DNA of 64,000 nucleotides, taken from NCBI GenBank assembly GCA_051294905.1, contig CM119384.1, positions 7,626,001 to 7,690,000 of the forward strand, in the 5' to 3' direction. Positions 1 to 13,100 of the stretch are shown piece after piece. The notes under the pieces were generated by a model, which worked only from the letters and a program-made list of their open reading frames with translations, was not told the DNA's origin and made no database searches. Positions within the stretch are counted from its first letter, which is position 1; each line of letters starts with the position of its first letter. The stretch is from Botryllus schlosseri. Its lineage: Eukaryota. Made by a program: the position numbers and the translations under genes.

Positions 1-752
1 GGCTATCTTCTCAACCGACGAAAAACAACTGATGACATGGGCCAAGTTTTTCAACTTTTGGATCATTTTTTCACAGCTTCCTGAAGATTTCTAGATACTT
101 AAAATTTATGTCGTGTGATGTTTTAAGCTGTTTGTGATAACTTTATATCGCAAATTTTTTTTCTATTTTTCATGTAAATTTTCCCTGCACAACTTTCATC
201 AAATATTGCGCAAAATGTAAAGGTGCGGTTTTAAAAACATGCTATAAACAATTTCTGGCGTGGTTTTGTATAACAAAGAGTTATGTGATGGACTGGCTGC
301 ACCTCAATGTCATCTAGGACGCAATGGCTTGCAAGCTAGAAGTTGAGCTACCCCAGACCAGCACTACTGTGTCCGAGCTACTTGTTAACAGATCGTTTGA
401 TCAATTGTATGTAGTTTAAATTTGAGGTAATGTCTCATTTCACGGATGAAAATCTTACACCGTGATGTTATAAAAAGTAACCCTTCGAGTATATCCTGTC
501 TTGATAATTAAAAAAAATTACAATTTCAACTTGTCGCTGCAACTTATTCTCAAATCAAGTGCAACTTTCCCGCGATTTTAGTGCAACAAAACACTTCTAA
601 TAGAGGCAATGTTCGAACCTATATTTAGTTACAGTGATAGAGGGACTATTTCACGCGGCTTTTGTGACATTTCCAGGCGCGAATGTGGTGAAAACTTATC
701 TTAAAACTAATTTCGACTTTTCAAAGTCGAAAGTAGCGTAAAAAGTAACTAT

Positions 753-1045
753 GACCTGGTGTGGCGAGATAGCGTAGTGGCATAATCCACAGCTACAACA
801 CCAATGGGTTGTGGGTTCGAGTCCGACCGGGGTCGTCTCCAGAATTCCTACCTATGTGTTGGAGGTTTATATATGCTCATCGTCGCTATCTCATCCGCGT
901 TAGCGTTAGGCGGTGTCTTACAAAAAGCCTGGAAGTGGGCCGTGCTACATGTCGGCAGATACGCAATCAAAAATAACCAATATCAGCCTAGTGTAAACGG
1001 CCATAGTAGTCTACAAACACCATGAATACCGCAAACAACAACAAA
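753..1045 (+). mobile_element. tRNA-derived SINE, full length
   Basis: A box TAGCGTAGTGG (770-780), B box GGTTCGAGTCC (814-824), (AAC)n tail; several copies in the window. Confidence 0.85.
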
Positions 1046-1094
1046 TATGACTTGACAGGTACATTCCATCGATAACAAAAACTTCACAACTCAC

Positions 1095-1162
1095 CCGCCA
1101 AAAATTCCAAACCGTCCGAGTTGTTTCCATAGGACGAAACCTCCCCGCTTTCTGCGTAGCTG
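1095..1162 (-). CDS. INSR: InsR exon 18, beta-chain start
   Basis: [22 protein letters not shown]; NAGNAG acceptor tagcag; donor gtgagt; phase 2-1. Confidence 0.7.
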
Positions 1163-4100
1163 CTAAAATCACATTCATTAGATAGTGCACGCTGACGGAC
1201 TAATCGCTTATACGGAATAAAATCCTACTTGTACGCTGGGTCGTCATTGACAGACCTCCGTTTTCTCCAATCCTCGTCCAGCGACGTCAGTCCCGGACTT
1301 GTTTTTAGAAAGAAAGCGAAAAAAATGTCAAAATCGCGATAAGCAATCAACAAGACGCAAAAAGCTCACGAGCTGAAGATTTGTCTTTGCAGAAAATTTT
1401 CGAAATCGACTTCGTTGTTGGCTCTCCTCACCAGCGCCTCTCGGTCCGGCTTATCCACGAGAGGACATTCGCAGTTCTGAGCGAAATTTGAAAATTTAGT
1501 GATCTCGAAGTCTTCTAAGGCTGTATAAATACGATCTAACCGTATTTTTATCACTTTCAGTAGAAGTGGTTGTCGTTGGGGGAATGGTCGGCTTCTTGTA
1601 GGTATGTCTCGGCTTTTCTGTAAAATCACACTTAAAGGTTCATTAAAAGTACTAGCCGAAGATGGTAGCCAAGTACAATTAGCAGTGACGACGTAAATTT
1701 CTACTCAATTACAGGGGAAGCAGCGTTCTCCGAGACGTGCCAGAAAATGGTGTTTTTGAAAGTGCTCAAGTAAGCATAGATTGCAAGTAGATTTGCTCTA
1801 GCTAGGACTGGTATACTTTCAGCAGTAAATCAGAGGCGAAGGCGACTATTTTTGAGATTGCAAGATGCATCTTCGCGACTAATTCAAAATGACAGATGGA
1901 ACACCAAGCAGATGCAGTTGCTATGTCGCATAATTTAGTGATTTGATTCATAAAAGTGGTGAAAATTGGGTTAATACACCTATTTACCAACCATGTGTTT
2001 ACAGACACAAGAGTGCTCAAGTACAAAATAACGCCCATCCACTCTATAGGCAATGTCGCACTGTAATACGAGTCACAAATGCCTATATAGGCCAGGAAAA
2101 ATGAAGGGGCGTTAATAATTCAAACATGTATACCAGCGAAACAGTATCATCACCATCGCAGTAGCCTTGCGCAAGCTAATTTCGTTCCGGTAAATCAACC
2201 AGCGACCGCAGTGACCCTATTTAGCTTGTATTAATTGCAATCCAACCATCCGCAGCTTTCCTTCATATAATCCTAACCCATCACCTGCATACAATCACAA
2301 ATCGACAATCGCACATCTGTTACACTTGAGAGTATTAATTCCGAAATCGTGGTAGCTACTAGTTCTATTGCACTTAACGCGCGCTATGGCGAATGTAAAA
2401 TAAAACTCCAGATGTATAAGCGCGTTTAGATTTCCAATGGACAGGGTTATAATGATGACACCGACGCATTAAGCCGAAAGCAGATGTGGCCAAAGTGTTC
2501 GTACTCAAGCAGAGAATTATGGTCTTAACGATCGCCTAAAGGGCCAGTTCTTTTTAGCAAATAGTCCACGTACGGCCCAATATGAGCATGAGCACGTACG
2601 GCCCGGTATGAGCATCAATATGGGCCAGCTTCAATGGGTGGCTGTCAAAGTAATCAGCTTTACTACTGCAGTATAAGTAGACGTAACACAAGGCATCACA
2701 AAACTACTTAAAGTGGAAGTATATACAAAAATCGTATATCTGGTCGAGGGGTCGCATATACTTTTATCATATAATCGGTGGTTTCTACTTTCAAACCGCA
2801 GGATGTGTCTTAGCGACCAATGCAAAATGAATATGGGACTGCAAATAGATGCCATTTTCGAAAATATATCAAGTTACCGTGACTGGGTATTTCGCCCAGC
2901 AGTTCTTGTCACAATTTCACACACATCTGTGATGAGGATATTCCCTAATACCAATTTCTGCTCTGCAAACTTAAAAGCGTAGGTTAAAGTAAGTTAAAGT
3001 GGAAATAGCCTAAATCATCATCAATTGAGCAAGTAGTAGACAAAATCTACTAAGTTCTCTGAAAAGGTGGAAACACTTCGTTACTGACCACCTCTGGCCG
3101 GAACACACTATACCTCTCTCGCAAGTGTCGACTTTGGTGACGTAGAATTCATCATCCAGCTGCTTCCGCCATTTTACGACGTAATGCGTTATCCGGCCGT
3201 TCGGCGACACCGGCGGTTTCCATTGCACTGTGATCGCCGACGAATTAATGGCGCGCGCTCTCAGCCCGTACGGCTCGCTCGGTTCTACAAAATTGACACG
3301 GTGTTAAATTAAACCAGGTAGCGCCATACCCAGTCAGCGATACGTCCACACGTCTGTAGTAGTAGGTAATTAACGACGTACGTCTCTACACTTTAGGAGT
3401 ACTCCAGGCGCTTATGCCTGCTTGCAATACTTACTCACGTGGTCAGGTTTTAAGACTGCTGTCATTTAATTTTACTTAATTTTCCAAGTTTTCGTGAATT
3501 ATGTAATTGTAATCTACAATTTTGAACAAAAAAACTTAGCTATAATTCAATTTTTTTTTAAATCTAATTTGAAAACAAACTGTGTATCTATACTTCTGAT
3601 TCTAATCCAGGGGTGGGCAAACTACGGCCCGCGGGCCGCATGCGGCCCGCAACACCGTTCTGTGCGGCCTGCGACAGTCAATGGAAACTTCTTTTAAATA
3701 TTGATAAAATGCGTACAAAAAATCGAATTAATGCAGGGACTTGATTAAACTTATTGACCATGATAATTCTAAGACTGTGGTTCTCAAACTGGGTGGCGTG
3801 AAAGCATCTGAAAGGGGGGCGCGAAGCTGAGCTAAACGAAAAAATTTTTCGCGCTCCGCGCGATTGATTTCAAATTCATAATTCTTGCTCTGTATTTAGT
3901 CTGAATTTCATGTTTCAAAATATCTCATCCACAGTCGTAACCTTCCATGCCAGTGAACTATCCGTTAGGTCTGCTAGCATCGTGGTTGCATTTTGTACTG
4001 TGACGATAAGGGGGCGCGAAATCTTTCACCATCATAAGGGGGGAGGCTTGTGTCTTAAAAAAATGAGAACCACTATTCTAGGGTAAACACTTCCTATATT

Positions 4101-7100
4101 CTTTTTTATGTTTAATTTCTGGCGCGACAGCCCGATCTCAAGACCCATGCAGTTTGAAACGTTTCAACTGCTGAACATCACAGAAATCCTAAACGAGATT
4201 GACATAATTCGGATCACGAGTGTGATTTCAGATTGACCACTCCCGTTTTAATTACTTCAGTGATGTGCTTATAAAAACGATTCGCGCGTGTTTTAGGTAG
4301 ATTCGTTCTCTGTATGCGTAGAATCGGGGTAATAATATATTATATCTACACATAGAAGAAGCGTGTTTGAAGCAAACATGGTTATGATGCTGTCAGCATT
4401 GTGTGTCATGGAACAGAACCAAAACTGGAATTAGTAAATCTATGAACAGATCGTTGCTCACAGATCTAAATTTCGATCCTGTTCTAAAAAGCGGGACAAC
4501 CGACTTTCATCTCTATAGTTTTTACAAATTGGTTATAGAGGTCTACCAGCCTATGAAATCTCGCCACTATGTTTCTGACGCGTGTACGATATCATCAACA
4601 CAATATTTGGTTTGTTTTAAATAAGCACTTACATTATCTCCATGTCCTCGCTATGTAATCAAATACCAATACTGCGTTTTGGTTTATAATCCCAATTCTA
4701 TATAGTGCGGCCCGCAAATGGATTCAGATGTTGAATGCGGCCCGCGAGCTCAAAAGTTTGCCCACCCCTGTTCTAATCTAATTTGGAGATTCTGAAAATG
4801 TTCTAGTTGTAAAATCTGCTTGGTACCACATTCGTTTATACACGCAACAGGTGGGGTAACTATGGCGTTGAATGGGATTTACGTATAGTTATCACAAAGA
4901 TGCGAGTACCATCATAATCCAGATGTCACTAAACATCCTATCGGCCGCAAACACATTACTCAATGCTAGAAAAAGAGATTGGCGTATGCGTTAAGCCGAG
5001 CATCACTCTCGAAAGGTCAAGTGCTATACATTTGCGGATAAGCTTATATCGCCTCCGCAAATTTCCAGGGAGTTTCACGAAATTTCACTCGTAAGAAAAG
5101 GCATCTCACTCGAAGGCATGGTTGTGAAGTAGGTGATGTTGGATTGAGCTCCTTTCTGTACGCTCGAGGTGGTGTACGTCATCACGTACATGGCGTATTG
5201 CGTGTAGGGCTTCAGGTTGTGAAGATGCGCCGTTATGGAGTTGCCGTCTTCGGGGGTGGCGGATTTTTTTAGGCCGAACAGCGCGTCCTTGATTTCCCAA
5301 CCGGACCTGTACGGCGTAACCGGAGTCAGCGTGTGATTGGCGACAATATTCAGCGATTGGAGAAAATTTAATAGACTTAGGTTGCATGGACTGCGAAAAA
5401 CAAAGGGCTGGGTACATTGGGCCAGGAGACGGCCTGAACCCATATCAGCAGTTCACAAATAGGTTTGAGTACAATCGAGGACCCGGGTGATTCAATGACG
5501 TCATACCGGTATGAATGATGTGAACATTTTAAATATTTACCTTTCATGAGACCACAAGAGAATCTAATACCAGCTCTACAACGCATTGAAGATAATTTGG
5601 TATTTTTCGACCATACCTACTATTTCATTGCACTTTGCGACAATGCGGCGAGTTGATCATGACTTTACAGATATGTGATTTCCATTAGCGTTAGCCTTCT
5701 AGTAGGAATATGATCAATCGAAGTTCAAGCATCGAAACTGTTATTGTCGTTGATAAATCAACTCTTCCTATCAAGGAGCATGTAATTTCAGTACATACCA
5801 AATATTTGTTAAATTAAATACTTCATATTGATTAGTCGAGTGAAGTTATCGCCATAAAATGTGAAAGAATACGTCGTAAACAAACCCGGTTTGAGAGCAG
5901 ACGTTCCTTCCTTCGTATCGCTTCGCGTTCTGATGTTCCCTGCGATGGAAAATAATGTGATATATCGTCTGGCGGGCAAACATATAACAAAATTCAGACT
6001 GCAAAGAAACGGTATCATTTGGCCGACATTTCTTTCGCGTAATGTACGACATGGCTGGTTTCTGGTCGTCCTATCAAAACGGTATATTCTGTGGTTATAT
6101 TGGGGACGCACGTCCTTCAAGGATACATAGTGGGCAAAAGAGATCTCATGCGTCGAAACATATGAGGCAGCGCTGGCCCGGGTATTGCGACAGTCCACGT
6201 ACGGCTTAGTGAAAAATCACTAACGACAATGTAAATAGGTAGAAAATTCGGAAATATCATTTGCCGTGATACAGGAGCTATATCAGGCGGTTCTTGTGAC
6301 ATAAAACTCAGCTCATAAAACTGATGTAAACTGATCCCGAAACTATTTTCTACTTTTCAATATCCGAATTTTGCCGCCAAAAACAGTTCAAGGCGAGTGC
6401 TTGAGTGCTCCGAACAAATATAATTAATTCGTTACTGATCACTTATGGCGGTTGTATAAGGTAAGACCCTAAGACGACTGATGAAATCGAAGAAGATTGT
6501 GCAATATCGTAGAGCCTATTCCGTATTCAACGACAGGAAGTTTGATTTGTAACTCCTAAAACACACAGGCCATAAACCGACTTACGATTCCTTGTGGAAA
6601 ATTTGATAACCGATCAACGTCCTCTTGTCGGGCAGGTCGACTTTATCCCACTGAATCCGGACGGAAGCGAGCTCGTTACTTTTCATCGGCATGTGTTCTA
6701 TGGATGTGATGATCAGGGGCATCATATCACCTGGACAAAAATCGACATAGTGGCGCAAATCGTACGCAGCGTACATAGAAATTTGTTCGGCAAGAATAGT
6801 CGAGATGAGTATGGATTTGGAATCGAAGCAAAACGCGATTTGAAAAAGTTTGGACGGATTAACATTAACGATGTATCCGCAAAACCGGATTTGGACACGA
6901 ACGCGGAATTTCAATTATTTTTCAATTTTAACGCGCGACATCCTAATGAAGAAGTAGCGATTCCCAAGTAAGTGTAGGCCTATATGTTAGTATTTTTGGC
7001 CTATATCTTTTGCGAAAAATCCTGAGAACTGTTGAGTCGAAGTAGCCTAAAATCATAACAAGTTGAGTAAGTAACGCAAGTAGGCCACACCTACATGAGC

Positions 7101-10100
7101 TCCACGAAAAGTAGTTTCAGTGTAATTTTAGAGTATTTCCACTTGTAATTTATAGTTTTGGATTTTCGGTAAAACTATGCCCAGAATACTCACTACTATC
7201 TACGACGATACTCCTACTTCTACCCGAGTACCAACGATAACTGCTTTCATAACCTCTGTTCATTATCAAGATGACGTCAAACAACGAAACATATATATTC
7301 CGTTATTCCGACATCGCCAATACCACAGCACGGCTCATCCCTTTCCCTATCATTTCACCAAACAATGTTACTTCCTAAACGCAAAAAAAAACGCAACGCA
7401 AGCATACACGTTCCCCTGTCGCCATTCGTCACCGCGCTGATGTCCTTGTCGTCTTCCTCCTCCGCCGTCAAAGCGCTGACGCGTTCGATTTCTTTCATAC
7501 ACAGCTTGGAATTGAAGTGAAAAAAGACTTTCCCGCTCTCGATGCGCAGACCGCCGGACGAGTTGTCGTTCGGAAACAACCGCTGCAGGTTCGGATTGTT
7601 GATGATGAACAAGCTGTACCGGCTGAAAACGGTCGCGGGTTACGTGAACTCGATCGAAAGTGATATAGTCGTATACACTGTGTATTTTCATATTCCCAGC
7701 CATGGCGTGAGGCTTAAATCGGGTAAACGGCACTTTCAGGTACCAAATTGTGCTTCCGCACCCTTCCATAGGGTGGAAATGAGTCAAATACACCAATTCT
7801 TATGGAGATATATCCCAGGGGTGTAGTGGATTCCGTTTACATGTCGCCCGATGTTGATACCGATTACACACTCACACGGCCGATATTAATATGGATGGAG
7901 CAGAGAGCCATTTCGCCAAAAAATATTATATATTAGACAAGATGGCACTTGTACAAGTACATTGTACATTAGGGCTCTTCAAAAATGAATTTTTTTCTCA
8001 AATCGTACTGGCTACTTGATAAAATTGTTAGGTTACCTAATTTAGGCCTACACACAAAATTTAGTTCAATTCCAGCCAGTAAACGCTTTGCTACAGGTAA
8101 AGAAAGTTTATATTTATTATTTAAAAATAAACAATAAAAAATTTGAAAATTTTCTGTTAACCCCATGAAAGTGTTAGGCTGTCTATAGAAACGATGCTCA
8201 CCAAATTTGGTTCAATTCCAACCAGTGGAAGCGGAGATATTGCCGTCGAAAAATTTGGATTTGAATAAAATAGTATTTACGGTGACCGATTCTTTGTTTA
8301 TTTATTGTAGTTGTGCTCACCGTAAATACTATTTTATTCGAATCAAAATTTTTCGACGGCAATTACGCCGCATCCACTGGTCGGAATTGAACCAAATTTG
8401 GTGAGGATCGTTTCTATAGACAGCCTAACACTTTCATGGGGTGAACAGAAAATTTTCAAATTTTTTATTATTTATTTTTATATAACAATTAGAAACTTTC
8501 TTCTCCTGTAGCAAAGCGATTACTGGCTGGAATTGAACCGAATTTTGTGTGTAGGCTTAAATTAGGTAACCTAACAATTTTATGAAGTAGCCAGTACGAT
8601 TTGAGAAAAAAAGTCATTTTTGAAGAGCCCTATTGTACATGCTACAGAAAGCTAAACAACAAACAAGTGAGCTGAAATTAAAATTATTGCTGAATTGTGC
8701 ACATTCATTGAAATTTAGGCGAACCCAAAGAGCAAAACGTGATACAGAATTGCAGATCAGTCCGGTAGAGGTATAGATTGCAATGCAGGAAGGACATTTT
8801 CTCTGCATCATCACCCAGTTAAATTTGTCCGGCTAGCGCAAATCCGTCACGTCGTCGGTTTCTGGAGATTGAGGACTGTCGGCATTGAATTCCCGATATT
8901 TTTGAAATTTTTTGTTAAAAAATATCGGCCGCGGTAATCGGCCAGCAGGTCGATAATCGGTCGGCCTCTGGTTCCGTTTACATGTACATTGCACACTGTA
9001 AACAAAAATGGCGTATTCGACCCACTTTCACTCCAGTGTACGGTGTAAATCTGGTAAACAGCTCTTTCAGGTACTAAATTATGCTTCCAATAGACAAAAA
9101 GGAATAAAATACACGCATTCTCAAGGAGATAAATGCCAGGGGTGCAGTGGATTGTTTAATTGTTTCCGTGTACCCTACCAAGAAATCCCAAAACGGTGTT
9201 GCACGTGAACAGAGCCCACTATACAGCCCTGAGATATATCTCCATAAGGGTTGGTGTATTTTACTCATTTTCACCCATTGGATGGGTATGAAAGCACTAT
9301 TTGGTACCTGAAAGTGCCATTTACCTGATTTACATCCCATGCCATGGTGGAAATGGTCGAAATTTTCGTTTACAGTGCTTTACTGTACACGCAAACAATA
9401 TTTTGTACCAGAATGTGGCTACGGTCTGATTTACACCTTACAATCTATTGTGGATTTTCGAAAGGTATTGTTGCGGGATATTTGAAAATGTAAAGAACGA
9501 TTGCACTGTGTTATATTGAAATACTCATACATTTATCTATGTGTGTGTGTGTGTGTGTGTATAGGTGACTGAAATATGGGTTTACAGCACATATATGTAG
9601 GGAATTAAACCGGAATATTAGACTGAAAAATTGACTTAGTTCACTGTTCATTTACGTCTTTGGAGTCTAACGGACGTCCTCATACTTACTTGTCAACTAG
9701 AGTCCTCCCCGTTATGCGCTTCAGCTTCTTCAAGAAGTTAAGAGACACCAAGGTGTCCGCGCGACGGATTGACAACGACCCGACTTCCTCCAACCCGCTA
9801 AGGGCGTCATCGAGTTCTTTCAAAACTCCATCTGAAATATTTTCACCACAAAAATTTACGAATCGTAGAAAACCGCGGTCAGAATACGCGTAAAAACTGA
9901 TTTCCACATCTTTCCGTGACAGGTTTACGCCGTAAATCCACAGTATCACCGCCCGCGCCCGCAATGTAATTCAATATATAACCAAATACCACACAAAATA
10001 GTCAGCATTGTCTGGAAGTAGGGTCGCATTTAAAACAAAAATCAATTTAAAACAAACATCTTTAAAACAAGGCCCTTGTTTAAAACAGTTTTCAATTTTT

Positions 10101-13100
10101 TTTCAAGCCATGACGTCACGAATATTCAATTGTGACCCCATAGTGGATTGACATTGACAATTGAAAATATAGGGTAAATATAGCTCCTTTGACGAAATAT
10201 ATGTACTATTGCTGTTGAACCGACTATTTTGAGGGTTCCAACCATCCCGTATCGATATACGTTGGTTAAATCGGGTGGTAATTGTCCGTAGGCTCATACA
10301 ACATGTTTTTTGGAAAGTCTTTACACAATTATGGCCTAATTTTACAACTTGAAAACAACAAACATTCAAAACACTGTTTAAAACATGTTTTAAACAAAGT
10401 GTTTTAAGACACCGTTTGTTTCAAATGCAACCCTATTTGGGAGTATTTAAGGTAGTTCCATAACCTATATTTTATCAATTTTCAACTGATGCGATGTTGC
10501 AAGCCGTTGGCATTATAGAGGGCAGTTGTCTATGCACGTGCACGAGTATACAAAATATATGGATGCGATGGACACACAAGTTTCGCAACAATACATAAAA
10601 CAGTGCAGCAAGATTGGTATATAGTATAATGTCCACGGCCGATGTCTCCTGTGACCATGTTTTATCTGACAGCGAAGCGGGAATTAGCAAATTCTTCTGA
10701 ACCGAAGAGTTCTCTGAGGAAGACATGAATCCTGACATCGACAAAAATCATAACTCACCTCCGACTAAATGATTTATCACCAATTTGCCTGGAATGCTGG
10801 TGCACCCGCGTACTTCGTCAGTCGACCTCGAATCAGTGATCGTATATTCGTCTTCCTTGCAAACTGAGAAAACGCAAGACTGCCATGACGCGCGCAAATT
10901 ATACGCGTAAGACGAAAATGAAGACTCTCCCGGCCAAGTGTCGTTTAGAAGGTATGCGCATGCGAAATTTTTTTGAAACACAACCGCTGTATCGGCCACT
11001 TAGTCTCGGAATATTTGCGGAAGATTACAACCACAATTTTGCGAACCGGTAAACTTTCAAAAATCAAAATCAATTCAGAACGCAATCGCGACATAATTAT
11101 GAAACTCAAAACAAAATAATTTGAACTTCAATTGAGCGAGAATATTTGGCTTGCTGTTTCATATCACAACTGTTATGCGATGGTTCGATTGAAATTTCTG
11201 CAACGCGACGTTCCGTTAAAACCACCAACTCAATCTTGACTGCTGGGTAAATTTTGAAAGAAACGCGACTTGACTGTGAGCCATATATTATATTACAATG
11301 TCAATTGTAATATAATTCGTCTTTTATACATATGCTTTACTTTTATATTTTATTGCCTTTTATGTACAGCGCCCTAGTGTAGTAATGATATATTGTTATA
11401 TTCGGCGCTCTATAAATTATTATATTATTATTATTATTATTAATTGTCGGTAAATTGTAACGTTGAATTTCGTCAAATTTTGTTCAAAATGCATTCTTAA
11501 CGTCCACATATCAGCCTACAATCCCTACTGCATGAAACGAGTTACATGCTACTTTTAATCAGATAGGTCGAGGACTTGCAGCATTATGAGACGTCGACCA
11601 TGAGATCTATATCAAGCCAAAAGGCGTTCTAAATTACGTTCTATAACCCTAGATCTGCTAAATATATGGTGTTTCAATTCTCGGATTGAGGGACTAGCCT
11701 GTAACTTCATACATTTCGCAATTGGGAACTTTGACAATCACTGACCTACACACTCTTTGTGTCACAGATGTTGTCGTTGTTGTTCGCGGTATTCATGGTG
11801 TTTACTGTTCGTCGACAACTATATGGTCATTTACACCAGGCCAATGTTCTTCATTTTTATTCCGTAAATACCGACTTGTAGCACGGCCCACTTCTAGGCT
11901 TATATAAGACACCGCTTACACGGATGAGATGGCGAGGAGGAGCCTATAGATAAACCTCCAACACTTCTAGGAATTCTGGAGTCGACCACGGTCGGACTCG
12001 AACCCGCAACCCATTGATGTTGCAGCTGTGGATTATACCGCTACGATATCTCGCCACCGTGTTTCGCAGTTGGGCATTAGGCAAAGATTTACGCTCTATA
12101 GCAGTGATGTCGTAAAGCAGTAAATCATATAAGCACTGGCGGCGATGGTACAGTACACAGTCGCCATACCTAAATTGCACGATGATTTACAGTCCTTGCA
12201 ATACGTCTCGTTGGCGACCGGGTCAAACTCGTCGTGATGATTGGGCGGGCAGTTGTAAATACATTTCTTCGTGTACGTCCCTGACTTTTCGTCGTAAAAG
12301 TCGTGCGGGATCCAAGTCAGCGCTATGCACTCGGACCGCGCGATACACTTCCACTCGTTTTCCTAAAATGGGACACAGTAACGATTAAAATCACCCGAGA
12401 AAGTATAGAAAATGTCAGAGATATATTAGTCACATTTGTTCACACCTATGGTCAAGGTCAATGTATAGTCAGTGTTGATACTTAAGTAGACACACGTCGA
12501 AACATTCCAAGACATGCCACAACTATGGTGGAGGTAGCAAAATAAAGGTCTGACAAATACTCAAGCAGGTACACACGTAGCGAAGAGCGTTTATTCACAC
12601 CTAAAAGGGTGGTATACACGACAACACAACCTAACTCAGAATTATATCGAGGCTATGAATCCTATACGTGCCTACGTGCATACCTTCCCACGTCCCTGAT
12701 GCATGCATCATTTAGATTAAAATATTGTATTTGATTTATACATTGTTGTAAGTCTGAGGTAGGTTCTGGTTTGGTGTGGCACGGGTGGGTGTATATTCAC
12801 ACCCGCATATCACGGGTGGTATACACGACTTGGAATACACTCTTTTCGCTTAACCCTTACGAGGTGGGGCCATATTTTGCAGAATTGACCTTCACTTTTC
12901 AAATTCTCACCGTGAACCCACAAAGTCTTGAATCTGGGCCGTTCCAGTTTAAAAGTGGGCGGAGTATAGCCCTCTACCGATTCCACCCTTGATCGACACC
13001 GCATGACATGTCTGAGGTTTTTTAATAAGTTTAAATAAACAAGCTTCCCCCCAAAAAAATCTCTCTCTCTCTCAATTTTCAAGGCTGACCCTCAGGATGG

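Noticed and set aside
1-82. Possible next InsR exon (GSCEKMIQKLKNLAH...)
   Set aside because: It has an acceptor and an open frame but no recognisable FnIII similarity, and is cut by the window edge
753-835. tRNA gene
   Set aside because: A and B boxes are present, but they are fused to a repeated body and AAC tail, so this is a SINE head
1140-1162. Apparent second furin site (QLRRKR) in exon 18
   Set aside because: It appears only in a phase-0 frame; the upstream exon ends in phase 2 and the joined frame reads [10 protein letters not shown]
6594-6971. 125-aa plus-strand ORF
   Set aside because: Antisense shadow of InsR exon 11
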